DNA of 31,690 bases. It comes from Methanobacteriota archaeon (GTDB taxonomy: Archaea; Hydrothermarchaeota; Hydrothermarchaeia; Hydrothermarchaeales; JACRDW01). The DNA lies in contig JBDRDL010000023.1 of assembly GCA_043820925.1 (NCBI GenBank), forward strand, positions 1 through 31,690, given 5' to 3'. A model generated the notes under the pieces. The model searched no databases and was not told where the DNA came from. It was given only the letters and a program-made list of their open reading frames with translations. This document shows, piece after piece, positions 27,827-31,690 of this stretch (its first letter is position 1; each line of letters begins with the position of its first letter). The translations under genes and the position numbers were made by a program.

Positions 27827-27841
27827 TTTATATATCTTTCT
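27827..27841 (-). promoter_or_regulatory. Archaeal BRE/TATA promoter
   Basis: Minus strand reads AGAAAGA-TATATAAA, about 22 nt upstream of the 5' end of the structured element. Confidence 0.65.
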
Positions 27842-27879
27842 GTTGCTTTACCTTTGGTTCGCCTGCAGCGTTTGGAAAA

Positions 27880-28269
27880 TTACTTCCCAATCCTCACTAT
27901 TCCCTTAACCTTGTCAAAGTCGCTGTCGAAAGAAACAATTTCTTTTATCCCCTTCTCGCTCATGACCTCAATGCTAACTGCATCGGTTAGCGACAGTGCG
28001 CCATCATATTTCAAATAAATCTCCGCAGCTCTGTCGAATAATTTCCTGTCTACGAACGCCACTTCGCAGGCTTCGATTATATAGTTGTATACCTTAATTC
28101 CAGCTTTTCCGCCGCTGAGGGCTCCAACTGATGTAACGCTCTCAGCGAGAATCAATTCCGTAACGATTTTTTCCTCCGGCAGCGTTTTTGCAACTTCTTT
28201 TGCTTTAGCGTGCCACTGGTCCTTGTCGTTTGCTACGGCTATAAAGAAAGAGGAATCAACAAAAATCAA
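27880..28269 (-). CDS. vapC: PIN-domain VapC-type toxin
   Basis: IFVDSSFFIA..D.WH, E, LSLTDAVS and SFDSDFD PIN motifs. Confidence 0.92.
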   Translation of the reverse strand: MIFVDSSFFIAVANDKDQWHAKAKEVAKTLPEEKIVTELILAESVTSVGALSGGKAGIKVYNYIIEACEVAFVDRKLFDRAAEIYLKYDGALSLTDAVSIEVMSEKGIKEIVSFDSDFDKVKGIVRIGK

Positions 28270-28487
28270 AGCTCTCCCCTCTGCGCCTTCTTCTTAAGCT
28301 CCACTGCATTTGCCTTCACAGATATTATGCCCATGATATCTTCGAGTCTCGCCCTCTTCCTGGGTTTCACTACTACCTCGTCATTCTTTTTTTCCCAGAG
28401 CAGCATATCACCTGGTTCAAGCCCGAACTTTTCTCTAACTTCTGCAGGCACGACAACCTGGTAGCCTTTTGAGATTTTAGTTTTCAT
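28266..28487 (-). CDS. AbrB/MazE/SpoVT-family antitoxin
   Basis: TKISKGYQVVVPAEVREKFGLEPGD is an AbrB motif; overlaps the vapC start. Confidence 0.92.
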   Translation of the reverse strand: MKTKISKGYQVVVPAEVREKFGLEPGDMLLWEKKNDEVVVKPRKRARLEDIMGIISVKANAVELKKKAQRGEL

Positions 28488-28501
28488 AGCACCATCACTA
28501 C

Positions 28502-28522
28502 TGTGAATATTGAATTTTCACA
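28502..28522. promoter_or_regulatory. Candidate operator (inverted repeat) of the AbrB-VapC operon
   Basis: TGTGAA-N9-TTCACA, 14 nt upstream of the antitoxin start. Confidence 0.45.
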
Positions 28523-28546
28523 AGAAACAAGAATATTGTGAGACTC

Positions 28547-29635
28547 TCATATCCAGTCCCCCGCCTCCAGCTTAGTCGGTATATAAACGTCAGTCATAAA
28601 CGTAATTCCGTGCTTTGCTAAAGCCTGCAGCTCAGCTTTTTCTCTATTGTCTATCATTAACTTGAGCTCAGCGTACCAGCGCTTGTTGTTTTTTATCCAG
28701 GGATACTCTAGCATGGTCTGCGCCTTTTTGAGGTCCCATTCAGTCATCTCGAGGCGTGCTGCCTTTGGTACTTTGAATTTATCTAAGTCGCTGGGAAGCA
28801 GACCAAGAAAGCGTGCACTCGGAACTGCGAGATATGCGCTCTCGAAGCTGAGCGAGATGCTGCCCCGCTTGTAAGAGGAACAAATCTGCATTCCGTAGCT
28901 GTCGCTGTCCGTAAGAACGTAGACAGGCAGTTTATATTCTTTGTTCAGCCTTCTGATTAATCGCCTGGTGGCGATGTCTGGCTGTCCTTTACCTGTTATA
29001 AGCAAACACTTGTTCTTCTTGTGGAAATCTTCTTCGACTAGTCGAATCAGCGCCGCATCCTTCTCGACTACCAGCACGTACTCAGCGCCGCAGTCAACGA
29101 TATCAACTTCATCTATGAAAGGGCTCACCGACCAGCCACCCCTGCCCAAGCTGCTGCAGTTGAACTTATCTTTCCCTTCTCTCAGCGTTAAGTCGCCTAT
29201 GCACACACCCTTTGCAGTTGCAACGACACGCAGGCAGGGTCTCGTGACGCCCATGGTAACTGCAATATCCTCGATTATATTGTCGCTCGCATTCTGGTCC
29301 TTGTTGAATAGCTCAGGGTCCTGGTAATAGATTTCCCTCTTCGTGAGGTGTTTCTTTTTCTCTGCCGTCTCATAGAGAACGCTCAGAACGAAGAGCATCT
29401 GAGTAAATGCAGCAGTAGTTGCGACGTTGTGAAAAGTCCTGCTTGATTTTTTGCTGCCTAAATATATAACGTCGTTTCTTTCATCGTATGAAAAATTGGT
29501 TGCGCCCCGATTCGGCACCTCAAAGCCAGGATTTTTTTTCCTTTCTATATCCCTCAAAACATCCTCTGCCGTTACATGAATGCTCTTCAGCAGTTCCTTC
29601 GCAGGCAGGTCTTCCTTTACAACTTTAGCTCTCAT
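28547..29635 (-). CDS. top6A: DNA topoisomerase VI subunit A (Spo11-like)
   Basis: TKREIYY (catalytic Tyr region), Toprim VVEKDA and DSD, GKGQPD.ATR, and KAELQAL motifs. Confidence 0.92.
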   Translation of the reverse strand: MRAKVVKEDLPAKELLKSIHVTAEDVLRDIERKKNPGFEVPNRGATNFSYDERNDVIYLGSKKSSRTFHNVATTAAFTQMLFVLSVLYETAEKKKHLTKREIYYQDPELFNKDQNASDNIIEDIAVTMGVTRPCLRVVATAKGVCIGDLTLREGKDKFNCSSLGRGGWSVSPFIDEVDIVDCGAEYVLVVEKDAALIRLVEEDFHKKNKCLLITGKGQPDIATRRLIRRLNKEYKLPVYVLTDSDSYGMQICSSYKRGSISLSFESAYLAVPSARFLGLLPSDLDKFKVPKAARLEMTEWDLKKAQTMLEYPWIKNNKRWYAELKLMIDNREKAELQALAKHGITFMTDVYIPTKLEAGDWI

Positions 29636-31545
29636 TCCATCTCACCTATCACAGGTCTTCTTTTTCGTATTTCGGCAGCAAGCATTTCGTAAACCTTTTC
29701 TTTTTTTGTGTGCAGCATCTTAGAAAGCGTCAGCGCAACAACTTCTGCATGCTTCTCTAAAAATTCCCTCGCCTTACCAAACTGCTCGCTTCGTTGCATT
29801 AGGTTAACATGCTGCCTGAGCTTGCGGCTCGCTGCCTGCAGCGCAAGTTTTATCTCGTCAGCTATAACGTCGTCAGCACCGACTGCCTGCTTCGCAACGC
29901 CGAGGTATTTAAGCTGGGGTGAGGTTATGTGAGCTACAAAGATAACTGGCAGTGCCGGAAGTTCTCCTTTCTTGCCCAGCTTGTATATGCTCCAGTCTAT
30001 ATCCCTTGCAGTCTGCGTTATTATATCGCTGCCGAATTCGTACAGCAGAGGAGTGCAGTTTGCAATTCTAATCAGCTTGTCCTGGTCTTTGAGGTTTTCG
30101 GGAATGGCACCGCCGTACATCGCAAGCACCTGAACCTGCACGGGTCTGCCTTTCGTGCTCGTGGGATTCCTCTTTATGTAAGTGTATTTCTCAGGTTTGT
30201 ATATCGCAACAAATCCTTCGACAAATGTTTCATCTGGAATCGGCATCAGCGAGTCGACTGGCGGGGAAGGAAATGCCATGCTGCGAAGCGTTTCCGCAAG
30301 CAGGCGGACTTTACTCTCATCGCCCAGAATCATATTGACTGTCGTTTTATCTGTGAATGTCTTCTTCGGTAACTCGTCGCTGAGCTTGAAGAATTTCTTG
30401 AGCTCCTCGTTGTCTAGAGCCCTTATATTCAGATTCGAGTTAAACCTTCCCTTCAAAACGAGCTGCGCTGCATAGTCATAGTCTACCTCGACTTCGTGCA
30501 CAAGAGTTTTCAGGTAGGCACCAAGTTTGCTTGAGTCGTTTTTAAGTTCCTGCACTTTCGAGCTCTGGGCTATTCTCTTGACTATGTCTCCTGCGAAAAG
30601 GTTGCGCTCATCGAAGTGGAGCAGTATTGAAGACCTCTCAATTAAATCTTTAACTCCTTTATCTCCAATCCTGCAGAAATTGCGCTTCAGAAATCCTGCC
30701 AAACTTATGCTTCTTATTTTCGACTGAAGCGCAAGCATGTCCTTCAACTGCCCTATGTCCACGCTGTTGGGATGCGGCGGAACAGGCTTGGGTATCGGTA
30801 TTCCTATGCTGTTCCGCTTTGGGTACTCTATCGCCGTGCCATTTTCTTTTAAAATAAACGAGATGTAAGGATGAATCGCAGCCATTCTCTTTATGAACTC
30901 CAGAATATTCGCTCTGGCCCGGGAGTAATCGCCTATCAAATTTATGCTCATTTTGGTTCCGTACTCAGGGAACTCGCCCTCATACGTTTCCTCGGCGAGC
31001 TTGGTCACCTTTCCCTTTCCATAGTCATAAACGTGCCTGTGTGCCTGCTTTTCAGAGAAAGTCTTGCTTATTATTTCTAAAGGTTTGCCGGTGCTCTGGC
31101 TTGCATATATAGCAGCAGCAGTCCAGCCCACGCCCTGCTGGGAGCGGGAAGCCTTGTACTCTATGGTTCCAGTCCCGCCTGCCCTTATGATTATCTGCAC
31201 CTTGTTGCGAGGTATTCCAATTCCGTTGTCCTGTATAGTAAGCTGCAATTCATCTCTTGACTTATCAACAACGCTTATTGCTACCTCTATCCTTGCATCG
31301 TAGTCGTCACTGCCAGTAGATTTAAGCAGAGCCTCTCTCGCCTTGTCAATCGCATCTGTAGAATTCTGCACTCCTTCCACAACCGCCTGAAACGGCGCCC
31401 TGGACTTTTGCCCGAAGCCTGTGTCAACACGCTTCAAGAGTTCTTCTGCAGTCTGTAACCTAATGTGTTTGTGTATCTCATCTTCTGCTTTTCTTCTAGA
31501 GATTTTTTGTTTTCCTGCAACTTCGGTAAGCAACAGTTGCTCCAT
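29632..31545 (-). CDS. top6B: DNA topoisomerase VI subunit B, divergent, with an internal insertion
   Basis: GHKL motifs EGVQNSTDA, DNGIGI and SRSQQGVG; PPHP, H2TH-like FLKRNFCRIG, RIANCTPLLY and a transducer Lys (AKQAV). Coupled to top6A. Confidence 0.88.
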   Translation of the reverse strand: MEQLLLTEVAGKQKISRRKAEDEIHKHIRLQTAEELLKRVDTGFGQKSRAPFQAVVEGVQNSTDAIDKAREALLKSTGSDDYDARIEVAISVVDKSRDELQLTIQDNGIGIPRNKVQIIIRAGGTGTIEYKASRSQQGVGWTAAAIYASQSTGKPLEIISKTFSEKQAHRHVYDYGKGKVTKLAEETYEGEFPEYGTKMSINLIGDYSRARANILEFIKRMAAIHPYISFILKENGTAIEYPKRNSIGIPIPKPVPPHPNSVDIGQLKDMLALQSKIRSISLAGFLKRNFCRIGDKGVKDLIERSSILLHFDERNLFAGDIVKRIAQSSKVQELKNDSSKLGAYLKTLVHEVEVDYDYAAQLVLKGRFNSNLNIRALDNEELKKFFKLSDELPKKTFTDKTTVNMILGDESKVRLLAETLRSMAFPSPPVDSLMPIPDETFVEGFVAIYKPEKYTYIKRNPTSTKGRPVQVQVLAMYGGAIPENLKDQDKLIRIANCTPLLYEFGSDIITQTARDIDWSIYKLGKKGELPALPVIFVAHITSPQLKYLGVAKQAVGADDVIADEIKLALQAASRKLRQHVNLMQRSEQFGKAREFLEKHAEVVALTLSKMLHTKKEKVYEMLAAEIRKRRPVIGEME

Positions 31546-31546
31546 A

Positions 31547-31687
31547 TTACGACCTCTCTTTCTTTACTTTCAAGTAAGAATCAATAAGCCTGTTAATTAA
31601 ATCATCATAAGTCTCTTTTTTCATTCCTATCTCCAGCAGGCGTTCTCTAGTCCTTTTCTCCAACTGTATAGTTGTTATATTTTGCAT
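31547..31687 (-). CDS. Small RHH/CopG-like DNA-binding protein (46 aa)
   Basis: Manual translation: MQNITTIQLEKRTRERLLEIGMKKETYDDLINRLIDSYLKVKKERS*. The stop is 1 nt before the top6B ATG. The true start could lie beyond the window edge. Confidence 0.75.
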   Translation of the reverse strand: MQNITTIQLEKRTRERLLEIGMKKETYDDLINRLIDSYLKVKKERS

Positions 31688-31690
31688 ATA

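Overview
Gene-dense chromosomal window from a euryarchaeal-type archaeon. Lineage is inferred from the archaeal lipid GGR, nop5/fibrillarin, Elp3, PINA, methanopterin genes, PycAB and Topo VI; it is Hydrothermarchaeota/methanogen-like but cannot be proven from this window. Most genes are housekeeping: panB, trpA, ferredoxin-GGR, hisS-hisI-PINA, alanine dehydrogenase, fibrillarin-nop5, an ABC-2 exporter, pyrD, chorismate lyase, beta-RFAP synthase, Elp3, an APC permease, a CDP-alcohol phosphatidyltransferase, a DHPS-like protein, pycBA, biotin ligase, bioY, a HEAT-repeat protein and a divergent top6B-top6A pair. Four PIN/VapC toxin-antitoxin pairs are interspersed. The most unusual signals are non-coding. 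(1) A family of modular palindromic intergenic elements (about 5645, 7543, 10365-10620 and 25739) shows compensatory base changes between copies, and several copies supply the stop codon, or the RBS and start codon, of a neighbouring gene. (2) A ~156-nt branched RNA-like structure with three C(UUCG)G tetraloops starts where an archaeal promoter predicts, just upstream of the HEAT-repeat gene. (3) A 1.06-kb integrase-free TA cassette sits in a gene 3' end, flanked by a perfect 33-bp duplication.
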